Assembly: GCA_964607285.1 (NCBI GenBank)
Contig: CAZSJW010000006.1
Span: forward strand, 799-64,798
Reading direction: 5' to 3'
DNA from: an uncultured Pseudomonadales bacterium
GTDB lineage: Bacteria; Patescibacteriota; Microgenomatia; UBA1400; PJMF01
DNA: 64,000 bases
Shown: piece after piece, positions 37,487 to 47,503 of the stretch
How positions within the stretch are numbered: position 1 is the stretch's first letter
How the letters are laid out: each line of letters starts with the position of its first letter
The notes under the pieces: generated by a model
Databases searched by the model: none
What the model was told of the DNA's origin: nothing
Seen by the model: the letters and a program-made list of their open reading frames with translations, nothing else
Position numbers and translations under genes: made by a program

Positions 37487-39406
37487 ATGGAAATTCGTGA
37501 CCAATACAAACCATGGCTAGACACTGCAACGGAAGAAGAAACTGTATACAAAAGAGTGGTAGACAGAACTGAAGAATCAATAGCTTATTTACCAGAAGCC
37601 GATCAGTTGAGTGCGTATCTTACCTTCTACAGAGATCAACTATTTAATATTCACGTTCGCAGTAACCCACAGCTCCTAAAAATACTCAAGAACTCAATTG
37701 GTAAAAACGCCACTCTCAAGAAAAATCCACCTGCAGAAACAGGGTGTGGAATGTCCAGTAGCAACAAGTATTCAAATACTGAAGTTTGGCAACACACCTT
37801 AGAACAGACCATACCAACACTAGGATTTCATGAGTATTTCTCCCAAATTTTTGACCTAATCCAACACTACCTAACCATTGAAGAACCCTACAGCGTTGCA
37901 AGCAATGACGCTGAAATGGAAATGCAGCGAATGTTGTTTTTTTGCATCGATGCAAACACTGCTGCAGAGTATTCAACCGTGTTAGGTTTTTTAAGAAATG
38001 ACGTAGTACATTCACTGCGGGAAGTTATCAAAGAGCGAAACCGCCGAAAATTTGGTGAAAGCTACACACGAATTAACTCGTCACTTCTTGACCCATATTT
38101 CAGTTTAGATTCAAACTGCACATACCTGGTTCACTCACTTGACTCAACTAAACTACTGGGGCTTGGCAATCAAAAAAATAACACTGACCGCCAACGGTAC
38201 TTCGTGCACAGAATCGCAAGTGCAGATCTGCCAATTGCCGAAAAATTGGAAATACTACAGTTGTATGCAGAAGCTCTGCAACTAAAAAACTCAAACCAGA
38301 GACGTGAACACCAAGTTGCTGCTCTCAAAGAAAAGTGCCAGTTACTTTTGGGGGATACAAAAAACTCATCTGCATACACAGTGTTGGAGATAATTTTAGC
38401 TGAAAACTTTCAGACAGTGACGCCTTTTGTTGTCACATCTGAAGTGACAGCTGAGAGACCTCCAGAGGATCGACTAACAATTACTCAAGATGATCTAGCA
38501 AGTATCTCTTCACCACTTGTCATACCACCGTTAGTGATCACTGGTGATGACCTTGTTTCAATACCTTCCTCAAACTTCCCATCACTCCAAATGCCAATCG
38601 CTGTTACACAAAGTGACTTGCCAGCTGATGCCCCAAGATTAGTTATAACTCCTCAACACATCGCTGAGACGGAGCTAAGAGCTCCACATCGCTTGGTAGT
38701 TTCCCGAGAACGAAATGGTCTAAACGGTAATTCTTGGTTTAATGAACGAGTGCCTGATGCACATTCTCCACACCTCACAGAGGAGAGACTTGCAGAGCAA
38801 AACGAGTTTGCGGACTACTTAGCATGGAAATTCGTACGAGTAAATGAAACCACGTTGAAAGCAAATATCAGAGATAACTGGGATCAGCTGATACTCGATA
38901 ATGACCCTCACAAAATACTCAGAGCAGCAGGTTTGGGATTCAGAAAAGAAATTTGGCTTAAAGTTGCAAGAAGTGTTGAGGGCATGATCACAAGATTGGC
39001 TGCGCAAAACAAAGATGAGATGCACTTCTTAGTGGAAAGACACCCTGCAAGCCCACACGAGTATTGTGGTGTACTCTACGTACCTGAACACGAGGACGAG
39101 GCTGAACAATGGCGTTTTGGTTTTCCCAACTCTTGTATGAGAGTTGGTGTGGGCTTAATAGAAAACCGCGGAAGCCATGAAAACCTCGGAAGAATTATTT
39201 CTCTGCCAATTATGAACGAGAACGAAGTGATCCACAAATACATCGTTCCATTTGAAGTTGCTAGTGCCAGAAGAAATAAAACAACAGAAGTAACAACGCA
39301 AAACTCTCCTTACTTCATTGTGGCGGGCTTGTATGGAAAATACGCCAACGATCAATCCTACCCAATACACGAATGGGTACAATCCCACCCGCACCTGAGA
39401 CCATAA
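37487..39406 (+). CDS. Orphan 639-aa protein with a central run of short degenerate repeats (h-h-I-T-x-D/S-D-L); no signal peptide or TM
   Basis: Repeats: RLTITQDDLASISSPLVIPP / LVITGDDLVSIPSSNFPSLQMP / IAVTQSDLPADAPR / LVITPQHIAETELRAP. A C-terminal domain contains …HEYCGVLYV…GSHENLG… but no family signature. Confidence 0.5.
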   Translation: MEIRDQYKPWLDTATEEETVYKRVVDRTEESIAYLPEADQLSAYLTFYRDQLFNIHVRSNPQLLKILKNSIGKNATLKKNPPAETGCGMSSSNKYSNTEVWQHTLEQTIPTLGFHEYFSQIFDLIQHYLTIEEPYSVASNDAEMEMQRMLFFCIDANTAAEYSTVLGFLRNDVVHSLREVIKERNRRKFGESYTRINSSLLDPYFSLDSNCTYLVHSLDSTKLLGLGNQKNNTDRQRYFVHRIASADLPIAEKLEILQLYAEALQLKNSNQRREHQVAALKEKCQLLLGDTKNSSAYTVLEIILAENFQTVTPFVVTSEVTAERPPEDRLTITQDDLASISSPLVIPPLVITGDDLVSIPSSNFPSLQMPIAVTQSDLPADAPRLVITPQHIAETELRAPHRLVVSRERNGLNGNSWFNERVPDAHSPHLTEERLAEQNEFADYLAWKFVRVNETTLKANIRDNWDQLILDNDPHKILRAAGLGFRKEIWLKVARSVEGMITRLAAQNKDEMHFLVERHPASPHEYCGVLYVPEHEDEAEQWRFGFPNSCMRVGVGLIENRGSHENLGRIISLPIMNENEVIHKYIVPFEVASARRNKTTEVTTQNSPYFIVAGLYGKYANDQSYPIHEWVQSHPHLRP

Positions 39407-39414
39407 AAGTTGCT

Positions 39415-41583
39415 TTAAAACTGCAAAATTCCTCGCCCATCTACAGCCCAAGCTTCACTGCGAGTCACTAAGACTGGATTAATCTCAAACTCTTGTAATT
39501 CAGGTACTGCCAAACAGACCTCAGCAAGGTGGACAACTAACTGAACCAATTTTCCAATTGCCATTCTATTACTTCCTCGGTATCCCGCCAGCAAAGGGTA
39601 GATTTTTGAGGATTCAATTAACTGTTTGGCATGATTCGGATCAACTGTTAGCAAACGCAAGTTTTGCTCATGAATCAATTCTGCCAACACTCCTCCTGCA
39701 CCAAGCATCAGCACTGGGCCAAAGGTAGCATCACGCTTCATGCCAAGAATGACTTCGACACCTCCCTCTACTTGTTTCTGTACCTCCACCATGCCTGAAG
39801 TGCGAACTTCACGCCCCAACCCTTCCATAATACGTTCCAGTTGCCAGTATGCACTTACAAGCTCCTGCTGTGAGCGAATACCTGTGATAACTCCACCAAC
39901 ATCAGACTTATGCAGAACATGGGGTGAACTAACTTTCAGAACTACTGGAAAGTGGTGTGCATTGACGAACTGCTGCACTTCTTCCAGAGATTTTGCGACA
40001 ATAGCTGGTGGTTGCACAATACCAACCGTACTAAACAAGCGCTGCACTGCGTCTCCATTCAGTACGGTTTGCTTCTGACGTTTGAGCTCTGCAATAATTG
40101 TTTTGAGTCCCGCTCTTTTGCGCTGGGTTAAAACGCTAGTACTGCCAGTGCCAATCTTTGTAGTAACCATCCCTCTTCGCTGTTTCCTTTGCCACTGCCG
40201 CCACCACCACAGTCTGCCGAGAGCCCATATTGCCCTTTCAGGATACCGAAACGAAACTATCTCATGCTCAGAGAGCACTCTCTCACCTCTAGCTATCTGG
40301 CTTCCACCCATGAACGAACAAAGAATTGGTTGGCGATACTCAGCTGACAGCTTGGCAATCACCGCAGCGGTTTCCTCAATTTGTGTCATCACTTGTGGGG
40401 TCAGCAACACCACAACAGCATCCACTGCAGGATCGGTGAGTACTAACTCCAATGCCCGTGCATATCTGTCAGCCAAAGCGTCTCCCAGAACATCTACAGG
40501 ATTGTGAAAACTGGCTGCACGGGGTAACTGCTCTTCTAACTTTCTGCGCGTTGTAGCAGAAAGTTCAGCCAGTGTAAGACCTTCTGCAATAACCCTATCA
40601 CTTGTGAGCACAGCAGGCCCTCCTGCATTTGAAACTATTGCTACTCGCTTCCCTGTTGGAGCTTTAGTCCATGCAGTGGTGCGGATTAGATCAAATACAT
40701 CCTCAATGCCTTGACATTGAATTACCCCTGCTTCAGATAATGCTTGTTCCATCACTACATGATCTCCAGCCATCGCACCCGTGTGTGACTGCATAGCAGC
40801 CTTAGCTGCATCAGATTGACCTGGTTTGAGAACAAAGACAGGATCAGTCAGTGCCAGCTGCCGTGCAGTGGCTAAGAAACTACTACCATCTACTATTGAC
40901 TCAAGATACATGCCTATTGGATCATATCCCTTTCGTTTTTGCGTCTCGGTGCGGTTTGCACGCTCTCGCAACCAGTACTGCAATACCATACTCTCAGTCA
41001 CTACTGCCTTATTTCCCAGCGTAACGAACTCTGCAAATCCTAATTTTGTATAGTCTGCCCAGTCAAAAATACTTGTAGCAATTGCTCCCGACTGTGACAT
41101 AAAACGCAGTGTCCCTGGTCTACGTGTGAGTTGCCCAAAAGTAGCATTAAGCGCGTGCGCTTCATGAACAAACCCCAAACAATTTGGTCCAAGCAGAGCG
41201 ATGCCAAATGTTTCTGCGATTTCAGCAAGCTCAGCTTCAAGCAAGGCACCTTTTTCTCCTGTTTCCTTAAAACCTGCAGATAACACCACGCAGGCCTTTG
41301 TTCCAGCCATACCTATTGCACGCAAAGCATCTGCTACAGCAGCAGCGGGTATCGCTATGATTGCTAATTCTGGAGTTTCAGGTAGATCAGAGTACTGTTT
41401 GTATGCTTGCAGACCGCGAATTGCACCACCATGAGGATTGACAGGATAGACAGGTCCCGCAAACCCAGAGTCTACAATGTTACGAACTAGAATGTTTCCC
41501 AATTTTTTTGGATCTGCAGATGCGCCAACAACCGCAATAGAATGAGGAGTAAACAATTGGTCAAGGGCAGATTGACGAAACAT
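39415..41583 (-). CDS. NDP-forming acyl-CoA synthetase, fused alpha-beta (ADP-forming acetyl-CoA synthetase-like)
   Basis: N-terminal CoA-binding and succinyl-CoA-synthetase-like domains (…HSIAVVGASADPKKLGN…, …LGPNCLGF…) followed by a C-terminal ATP-grasp domain, in 722 aa. Confidence 0.8.
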   Translation of the reverse strand: MFRQSALDQLFTPHSIAVVGASADPKKLGNILVRNIVDSGFAGPVYPVNPHGGAIRGLQAYKQYSDLPETPELAIIAIPAAAVADALRAIGMAGTKACVVLSAGFKETGEKGALLEAELAEIAETFGIALLGPNCLGFVHEAHALNATFGQLTRRPGTLRFMSQSGAIATSIFDWADYTKLGFAEFVTLGNKAVVTESMVLQYWLRERANRTETQKRKGYDPIGMYLESIVDGSSFLATARQLALTDPVFVLKPGQSDAAKAAMQSHTGAMAGDHVVMEQALSEAGVIQCQGIEDVFDLIRTTAWTKAPTGKRVAIVSNAGGPAVLTSDRVIAEGLTLAELSATTRRKLEEQLPRAASFHNPVDVLGDALADRYARALELVLTDPAVDAVVVLLTPQVMTQIEETAAVIAKLSAEYRQPILCSFMGGSQIARGERVLSEHEIVSFRYPERAIWALGRLWWWRQWQRKQRRGMVTTKIGTGSTSVLTQRKRAGLKTIIAELKRQKQTVLNGDAVQRLFSTVGIVQPPAIVAKSLEEVQQFVNAHHFPVVLKVSSPHVLHKSDVGGVITGIRSQQELVSAYWQLERIMEGLGREVRTSGMVEVQKQVEGGVEVILGMKRDATFGPVLMLGAGGVLAELIHEQNLRLLTVDPNHAKQLIESSKIYPLLAGYRGSNRMAIGKLVQLVVHLAEVCLAVPELQEFEINPVLVTRSEAWAVDGRGILQF

Positions 41584-41666
41584 AGTGATCTTCTTGCTTT
41601 CAGTATATGCAGGAACAACTTACTTGTCTAGAAGCCTAACCTAAGTTTGTGCTACACTCTGTAGTA

Positions 41667-42047
41667 ATGAATAAATCCAATACAGTAGGTCCTCTTGAGC
41701 AACACATACTTGAGTTAGTTTGGCAGCATCCGAACACAACTGGTAGAGCACTCCACACTCTTGCAAACAGTGAACAAAAGCATGCGTATACTACAGTGAT
41801 GACAGTGTTGAATCGACTTGTGGAAAAAGGCATTGTGGATAGAACCAAAAATGGTCGAACGTTTACTTACCACCCTGTACACACACAAAGGCAGTTCATA
41901 CATGAAACAGTCCAAAGTGCAATTCGCTCTTTGGTAAATCGATTTGGTGATGAAGCAATAACTGCATTTATTTTCGAGAGTCATAAACTCTCTCATGCTG
42001 ACCGTACCAAGTTGCTCAAGCAGCTACAAAATTCCGATTGCGAATAG
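41667..42047 (+). CDS. BlaI/MecI/CopY-family transcriptional repressor
   Basis: Winged-helix …YTTVMTVLNRLVEKGIVDR… is typical of penicillinase-repressor family proteins. The ORF-track start is 41649. Confidence 0.8.
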   Translation: MNKSNTVGPLEQHILELVWQHPNTTGRALHTLANSEQKHAYTTVMTVLNRLVEKGIVDRTKNGRTFTYHPVHTQRQFIHETVQSAIRSLVNRFGDEAITAFIFESHKLSHADRTKLLKQLQNSDCE

Positions 42048-42067
42048 TTGTACAGAGGATTTTCTAG

Positions 42068-42955
42068 ATGGAAATACTGTCACCTTCTCTTACTAGCTGT
42101 CAATATGTAGCTGGACAGCTGCTAGAAACATCAGCTAGGTCTCCGCTTAGTTACTTGTCGCTGATACCACTTCTGCTGCTACTAAAAATTCTGCTGTCAC
42201 TGTTTGCCCAGCGGTTGAAGTTTACAGAGACCAGAACTACCTCTGCTACAATACCCGTAAAGCTAGTCCGTTTACTTGAAAAACACCAAGTGCCTGTTTC
42301 TCGTATCGTTCTAACTGAAACAAATCAATTTGAAGCGTATGTCTTAGGCATTGTACAGCCAAGTATTGTGCTCTCAAGACAACTAGTGAAATCTCTCTCT
42401 CCGAAACAACTTGAAGCTGTTGTGCTTCATGAGTTATATCACTTCCATAATTACCACCCATTGTTGTTCTTACTCAGCTCTGCCTGCAGCTCAGTCTGTT
42501 GGTTTTTACCGACAATAACTGAATTAAGCGAGCTCATTCAGGAACGCTGTGAATTAGCAGCAGACAGTTTTTCTGTCACAACGCAGGGTACAAAACGGTA
42601 TCTTGTTCAAGCACTCAGGGTTTGCTTACTACAACCAATACCAAGACAAACCCTACAGTGGCAATTAGTTTCTACGCCCAGTCTTTACAAACAGCTGCTC
42701 CAAGAAAGAATAAATTCTCTTTCAGATATGCAACCAATTCAAAAACAACACTTCCAGTACAAAAATATTCTAGTATCAACTGCAGTGCTCGTGTTACTAC
42801 TTGGGCTTGCGCTTATAAAACCGACAGACTCTATTGCTGCTCAAGCACCAAATAAGTGCACATTTGCAGAGTGCGTTGCTCAATGCGTTTCTGAACGACT
42901 AGGAAATAGCCGACAATACAGTCCAGGTCTTTACAGTCCCGCAGACGTAGAGTAG
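42068..42955 (+). CDS. BlaR1/MecR1-like M56-family membrane metalloprotease lacking the usual C-terminal sensor domain; it ends in a short Cys-rich tail
   Basis: HExxH motif …VVLHELYHFHNYHP…, multiple TM helices, and a C-terminal tail of about 50 aa containing CTFAECVAQC. Confidence 0.7.
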   Translation: MEILSPSLTSCQYVAGQLLETSARSPLSYLSLIPLLLLLKILLSLFAQRLKFTETRTTSATIPVKLVRLLEKHQVPVSRIVLTETNQFEAYVLGIVQPSIVLSRQLVKSLSPKQLEAVVLHELYHFHNYHPLLFLLSSACSSVCWFLPTITELSELIQERCELAADSFSVTTQGTKRYLVQALRVCLLQPIPRQTLQWQLVSTPSLYKQLLQERINSLSDMQPIQKQHFQYKNILVSTAVLVLLLGLALIKPTDSIAAQAPNKCTFAECVAQCVSERLGNSRQYSPGLYSPADVE

Positions 42956-43070
42956 GCTATCTCAAAACTAGAACTGTTGTATTGCCCTATTGACAGCACT
43001 GTTTGTTTTCTACTACACTTCGTAGTAGAAAACAGTACTACTTACATGTACCCATAAGAAAGGATTTAAC

Positions 43071-43841
43071 ATGTCTGAATCAAAACCATTTTCGCTCCAA
43101 CGATTGTTGCAGCTTGTCAACGATAACTTTGTGGCAATTTTAATTGCCGCAGTCGTCTTCGGAGGTGGCTTCTACGTCGGTTCCATATGGACTGAGAACC
43201 AAATGCTCAAAAAAGGTACTGCAGGCACAGGGGTCGCAGCTCCTACTGCAGCAGACCCTAACGCACCAACAGGCCCAACTGCTGAGCAACTAGCAGCAAT
43301 GCCAGAAGTCTCAGACGAAGACTTTGTTCGTGGCAATGAAGATGCAAAAATCACATTAGTCGAGTACTCAGACCTAGAGTGTCCATTCTGTCAGCGCTTC
43401 CACCCAACCATGCTCCAAGTCATGGAAGATTACGGCGATGACGTGAATTGGGTATTCCGTCACTATCCATTACCATTCCACTCCTTTGCCCAAAAAGCAT
43501 CTGAAGCCGCAGAATGTGCTGGCAAAAGTGGTGGCAATGACGCTTTCTGGAAGTTCATCGACCTCTACTACGAGAAAACTCGTGCAGATGGAACTGGATT
43601 CCCACAGGAAGACCTCGCATCCTTGGCAGCAGAAGCTGGTGCCACCGAAGCTGCTGTCCAAAAATGCCTAGATGACGGCGAGATGGCCGAAAAAGTCAAA
43701 GATCAAATGGCAAAAGGTAGCGCAGCTGGTGTCTCAGGAACTCCTGGAACCATTATCGTGACCGAAGATGGCCCACAAGAAATCATCCCAGGTGCATTGC
43801 CAATCGAGCAAGTCAAACCGCTCATTGAGAAGTATCTGTAA
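43071..43841 (+). CDS. DsbA-family thiol:disulfide oxidoreductase (membrane-anchored)
   Basis: N-terminal TM helix and the thioredoxin-fold CPFC active site (…YSDLECPFCQRFHP…). Confidence 0.8.
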   Translation: MSESKPFSLQRLLQLVNDNFVAILIAAVVFGGGFYVGSIWTENQMLKKGTAGTGVAAPTAADPNAPTGPTAEQLAAMPEVSDEDFVRGNEDAKITLVEYSDLECPFCQRFHPTMLQVMEDYGDDVNWVFRHYPLPFHSFAQKASEAAECAGKSGGNDAFWKFIDLYYEKTRADGTGFPQEDLASLAAEAGATEAAVQKCLDDGEMAEKVKDQMAKGSAAGVSGTPGTIIVTEDGPQEIIPGALPIEQVKPLIEKYL

Positions 43842-43859
43842 TAGGAAATTCCTAAAATT

Positions 43860-43899
43860 GGACGGGTGGATTCGATATCGAACACCCGTCCTTTTTGTT
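43860..43899. terminator. Bidirectional rho-independent terminator between the dsbA-like (+) and EamA-like (-) genes
   Basis: GGACGGGTG-ga-TTCGATATCGAA-CACCCGTCC followed by TTTTTGTT. The loop is itself palindromic, and a second hairpin CCAGAAaaaTTCTGG lies at 43918-43932. Confidence 0.6.
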
Positions 43900-43934
43900 A
43901 TCACAGCACAACACTAGCCAGAAAAATTCTGGTG

Positions 43935-44366
43935 TTATTTTCTGAAGTAGACACTGATTAGTAAGCCACCAACAGCAATAGCTATACCCAATACTTGCAT
44001 TGGATGCATTCGCTCCTGCCAGATTACCCAGCCAAAAAGTATGCCATATAAAATAAGTGACACATAGAAAATTGGGGTAAAAAGTGATTGTGATGCTCCC
44101 ATGCTGTAGGCTTTGATAATACCCAAGTTTCCCAACGCAATCAGAGTACCAATACCAAGTACGATTGGGATGGTTTTAGTTTGCACGGAAAAAGATGAGT
44201 TTGGCGATAAGCTGATATGTAACAAAAACATGCAGACCGCACCCACAAGCGCTGCATAAAAGTTGACTAAAAAAGGCGAAATGTCTTTGGGCAAAAGCTT
44301 AGTCAGCGTTTGATACGAGACAAAAAATAGTGGGGTGGTTACTGCTAGTATTTTCCAATCTATCAT
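43935..44366 (-). CDS. Small 4-TM membrane protein, EamA/DMT-like half-transporter
   Basis: 143 aa with four hydrophobic helices and a glycine-rich final helix (IAIAVGGLLISVYF). Confidence 0.45.
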   Translation of the reverse strand: MIDWKILAVTTPLFFVSYQTLTKLLPKDISPFLVNFYAALVGAVCMFLLHISLSPNSSFSVQTKTIPIVLGIGTLIALGNLGIIKAYSMGASQSLFTPIFYVSLILYGILFGWVIWQERMHPMQVLGIAIAVGGLLISVYFRK

Positions 44367-44704
44367 CTGTATATGCTAGCACACTAATCGTGCGTGTAAT
44401 TCTAGATTCCTACGAACTGTCGCGATATACTCACATGCGTATCACAAAGTTTCCCATAAAGGACTATATGCCATTTACCGTCACTAAGTACCCCCTAGGT
44501 ACATTTTGTTGGGCAGATGCAGTTTCAACTGACATCGGCGCTACCAAAAATTTTATGACTGGATTACAAGGTTGGGCTGGAAAAGATATGCCTACCTACC
44601 GATACTTCTTTTTTTGTGATTGAGCTGAGTGTGCCCCCCGATGTGTGGGTTGACTAGATATTCGTTTGGTTGGTGTTGGGTAAACATGATACGCTAGCTG
44701 GTGC

Positions 44705-46195
44705 ATGCTAAGCCATTCATTCATCACGAAACTCTTTTGGGTGCTCCTACTAGTTGCTGCGGCACTTCTTTTCCGCACCATGTTCAGCCAATTCTTTTCC
44801 GCCGACGACTGGTTCCACATTCGCATCAGTTCGATTAATTCTGTGCAAGAGTTTGCCAACTTCTTTAGTTTCCAACAAACGGAGCAGTCGGCTGCGTTTT
44901 ATCGCCCGTTGCCAACACAGGTGTTTTTCTTTTTTATGTACGGGTTGTTTGGTTTGAATGCTGTGTGGTGGTATATAGTGGTTTTTGCAAGTTTTATAAC
45001 TAGTTTGTATGCGTTGTATGTACTTACTCGGCAGCTGAGCAACGCAATAACGGCACAAATTACCACCCTCCTCTACGCAATTTCCCACACCAACTCTACC
45101 CGGTTATACTTTCTCTCAGCCTATCAAGAAGTCCTACTTGTGCTGTTTTCTGTGCTGTCTGTCTATGGTTTTGCTAAGCGAAACAGTGTTAGATGGTACG
45201 CACTGAGTCTGATTTGTTTCTGGCTCGCACTCCTAAGTAAAGAAACTGCTGTGGTTATACCGGGGCTGTTTGGGTTGGTTCTACTTAGGGAAGTTGCACA
45301 GCTGAAATCATTTCAAATCAAATTACTGATTCAATCCTATCTTCAAACAACATGGCCCTTTCTGTTAAGTCTAGGTGAATATCTCATACTGCGCTTTACC
45401 GTGTTTGGTTTTTCTGCAACCAGCCATGACTCCTATCAACTTTCTTTCCAGCCAGCACAAATTGCCAACACCATCATGTGGTACGGACTTTGGGCAGTTG
45501 GCGCACCAGAAACGTTGGTGAACTATGTGGCGAATTTTCGAGTGCTGGATCGCTGGTGGGTGGATTTTCCTGCATTAGCCACTTTGACGCTTTCGTTCCT
45601 TGCAGCAAGCTTGCTTGGATTGGCAGTCTCTTTAATTTCTTTTGTGTCTAACATTCTTAGAAAAAAATCTAAGAAGTTACAATCCAACCTCCTGCTACTT
45701 GCCTTCGGATGCTGCTGGTTTGTGCTCAGCCTCTTGCCAGTCATGTTTTTCCCCAATCATAAGTTTGCACTTGAGCTTGGACTGCCGTTGGTGGGATTCT
45801 CGCTTATAGCAGCCATACTAATTGTTGAAAACCGCAGAGTAGGTTGGCTAGTACTAGCCGCCCTACTTGCACTCAATATCACAGCTACGCACCTAACCGC
45901 TACGACACACTACAGCGTGTTACGCTCTAAAACGTCACAGCGTGTCTATGAGTATTTCACTAAAAACTATCCTAACCTGCCCGACAATTCAATTATCAGC
46001 TTCATCAACGATCGTACTGATCTGCCCTCTAACTGGGGGGTTTCCAAACAAGTCAGTGAAAGCTTACAAGGTAGTGAGTTTTTTGCTGTGCTGTATCCAG
46101 ATAAATCAGTACTTGCAGAGTATGCTGATTTACCGCACACTAAATCAGCAGAATTGACGAATCTTACTGTCTGTTCTGCGCAATTTCTACCGTAA
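44705..46195 (+). CDS. Polytopic membrane protein, probable GT-C-fold glycosyltransferase (PMT/ArnT-like, GT39/83 type)
   Basis: About 11 TM segments, an N-terminal DD-type motif (FFSADDWFH) in the first loop, and a large C-terminal soluble domain. Confidence 0.45.
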   Translation: MLSHSFITKLFWVLLLVAAALLFRTMFSQFFSADDWFHIRISSINSVQEFANFFSFQQTEQSAAFYRPLPTQVFFFFMYGLFGLNAVWWYIVVFASFITSLYALYVLTRQLSNAITAQITTLLYAISHTNSTRLYFLSAYQEVLLVLFSVLSVYGFAKRNSVRWYALSLICFWLALLSKETAVVIPGLFGLVLLREVAQLKSFQIKLLIQSYLQTTWPFLLSLGEYLILRFTVFGFSATSHDSYQLSFQPAQIANTIMWYGLWAVGAPETLVNYVANFRVLDRWWVDFPALATLTLSFLAASLLGLAVSLISFVSNILRKKSKKLQSNLLLLAFGCCWFVLSLLPVMFFPNHKFALELGLPLVGFSLIAAILIVENRRVGWLVLAALLALNITATHLTATTHYSVLRSKTSQRVYEYFTKNYPNLPDNSIISFINDRTDLPSNWGVSKQVSESLQGSEFFAVLYPDKSVLAEYADLPHTKSAELTNLTVCSAQFLP

Positions 46196-46202
46196 CGCAC
46201 GT

Positions 46203-47480
46203 ATGCTGCCCAATGTACGAAAGCGACTCAAATCGCTCTTAGGAACGCTCGGACCAGGATTCATAACTGGCGCTTCGGACGATGATCCCTCTGGAATTGC
46301 CACGTATGCGCAAACTGGCGCACAGTTTGGCTATGGCCAGCTGTGGACAGCGGCATTCACACTCCCCTTCACAATTCTGATTCAAGAAATCTGCGGTCGC
46401 ATTGGTATGGTGACTGGTAGCGGACTATCTAGACTTATCAAGAAAAACTACTCTAAGCCTGCGCTCTATTTGTGCGTTGGCTTGCTGCTCACTGCAAATG
46501 TTATCAATATCGGCGCAAACTTAGGCGCAATGGCTGAAGCTACGCAATTATTAGTAGCTCTCCCGTTCGTTCCACTCCTGCTTGGGTATACGATTGCCAC
46601 AGTGTTGTTACAAGTGTTTGTGGACTATAAACTGTATGTGCGGTTTTTGAAGTACTTAACAATAAGCTTGCTTGCATATATTGCAGTGGCTTTTATGGTC
46701 AAAATCGATTGGCACGCCGTGTGGACTGGTTTTACTCGACCTCAGCTGCAATGGTCAGAGTCATATTTATTTAACATAGTCGCAATTTTAGGCACAACCC
46801 TTTCGCCCTACTTATTTTTCTGGCAAACCTCCGAGGAAGTGGAAGAAGCGGTGTTAAAGCGCAAGATTCGCGAGATGGGCAACATGATTAAGTCCGTCAG
46901 TGGCAGAGAGATTCACCACATGCGTTTGGACACAATTTTGGGAATGACATTTTCCAATGCAATTATGTTTTTTATTATTCTAAGTGCTGGCAGTACATTG
47001 TTCCCTGCGGGTATTCACACGATTGAGACTGCTCCACAAGCAGCTGAGGCACTGCGTCCAATTGCGGGACCCCTAACATCGGTCATTTTCACATTGGGAA
47101 TTGTTGGCGCAGGTATGTTGTCCGTTCCAGTGCTGGCAGGTTCAGCTTCGTACGCGGTATCCGAAGTCTTTGGCTGGAAGGAAGGCTTGTTCAAAAAAGC
47201 AAATAAAGCACCTGCATTTTATGGCATCATCGCTGGTGCGTGTGCGATTGGGTTTTTGATCAACTTTACCAATATTAAACCGTTTACGATGCTGTACTAC
47301 ACTGCGGTACTAAATGGCTTGGCTGCTCCTGTGATTCTGTACTACATCATGCGAATTGCCAATAATAGCTCTATTATGGGGCGGCATACCAACTCATTGG
47401 TGAGTAATGTGTTTGGGTGGGGTATTACTGGGTTGATGGGGTTGGCTGGGGTGTTGCTGTTGGTGCAGTTGGTGGTGTAA
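46203..47480 (+). CDS. NRAMP-family divalent metal transporter
   Basis: N-terminal …LGPGFITGASDDDPSGIATYAQTGAQFGY… matches the Nramp consensus region, with about 11 TM segments. A Fur-family regulator is immediately downstream. Confidence 0.75.
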   Translation: MLPNVRKRLKSLLGTLGPGFITGASDDDPSGIATYAQTGAQFGYGQLWTAAFTLPFTILIQEICGRIGMVTGSGLSRLIKKNYSKPALYLCVGLLLTANVINIGANLGAMAEATQLLVALPFVPLLLGYTIATVLLQVFVDYKLYVRFLKYLTISLLAYIAVAFMVKIDWHAVWTGFTRPQLQWSESYLFNIVAILGTTLSPYLFFWQTSEEVEEAVLKRKIREMGNMIKSVSGREIHHMRLDTILGMTFSNAIMFFIILSAGSTLFPAGIHTIETAPQAAEALRPIAGPLTSVIFTLGIVGAGMLSVPVLAGSASYAVSEVFGWKEGLFKKANKAPAFYGIIAGACAIGFLINFTNIKPFTMLYYTAVLNGLAAPVILYYIMRIANNSSIMGRHTNSLVSNVFGWGITGLMGLAGVLLLVQLVV

Positions 47481-47503
47481 GACCACACTGATATAATGCT
47501 TGT

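Noticed and set aside
44596-45088. Minus-strand ORFs (87 and 112 aa) overlapping the start of the glycosyltransferase-like gene
   Set aside because: They are antisense to a long polytopic membrane-protein ORF and have no motifs.
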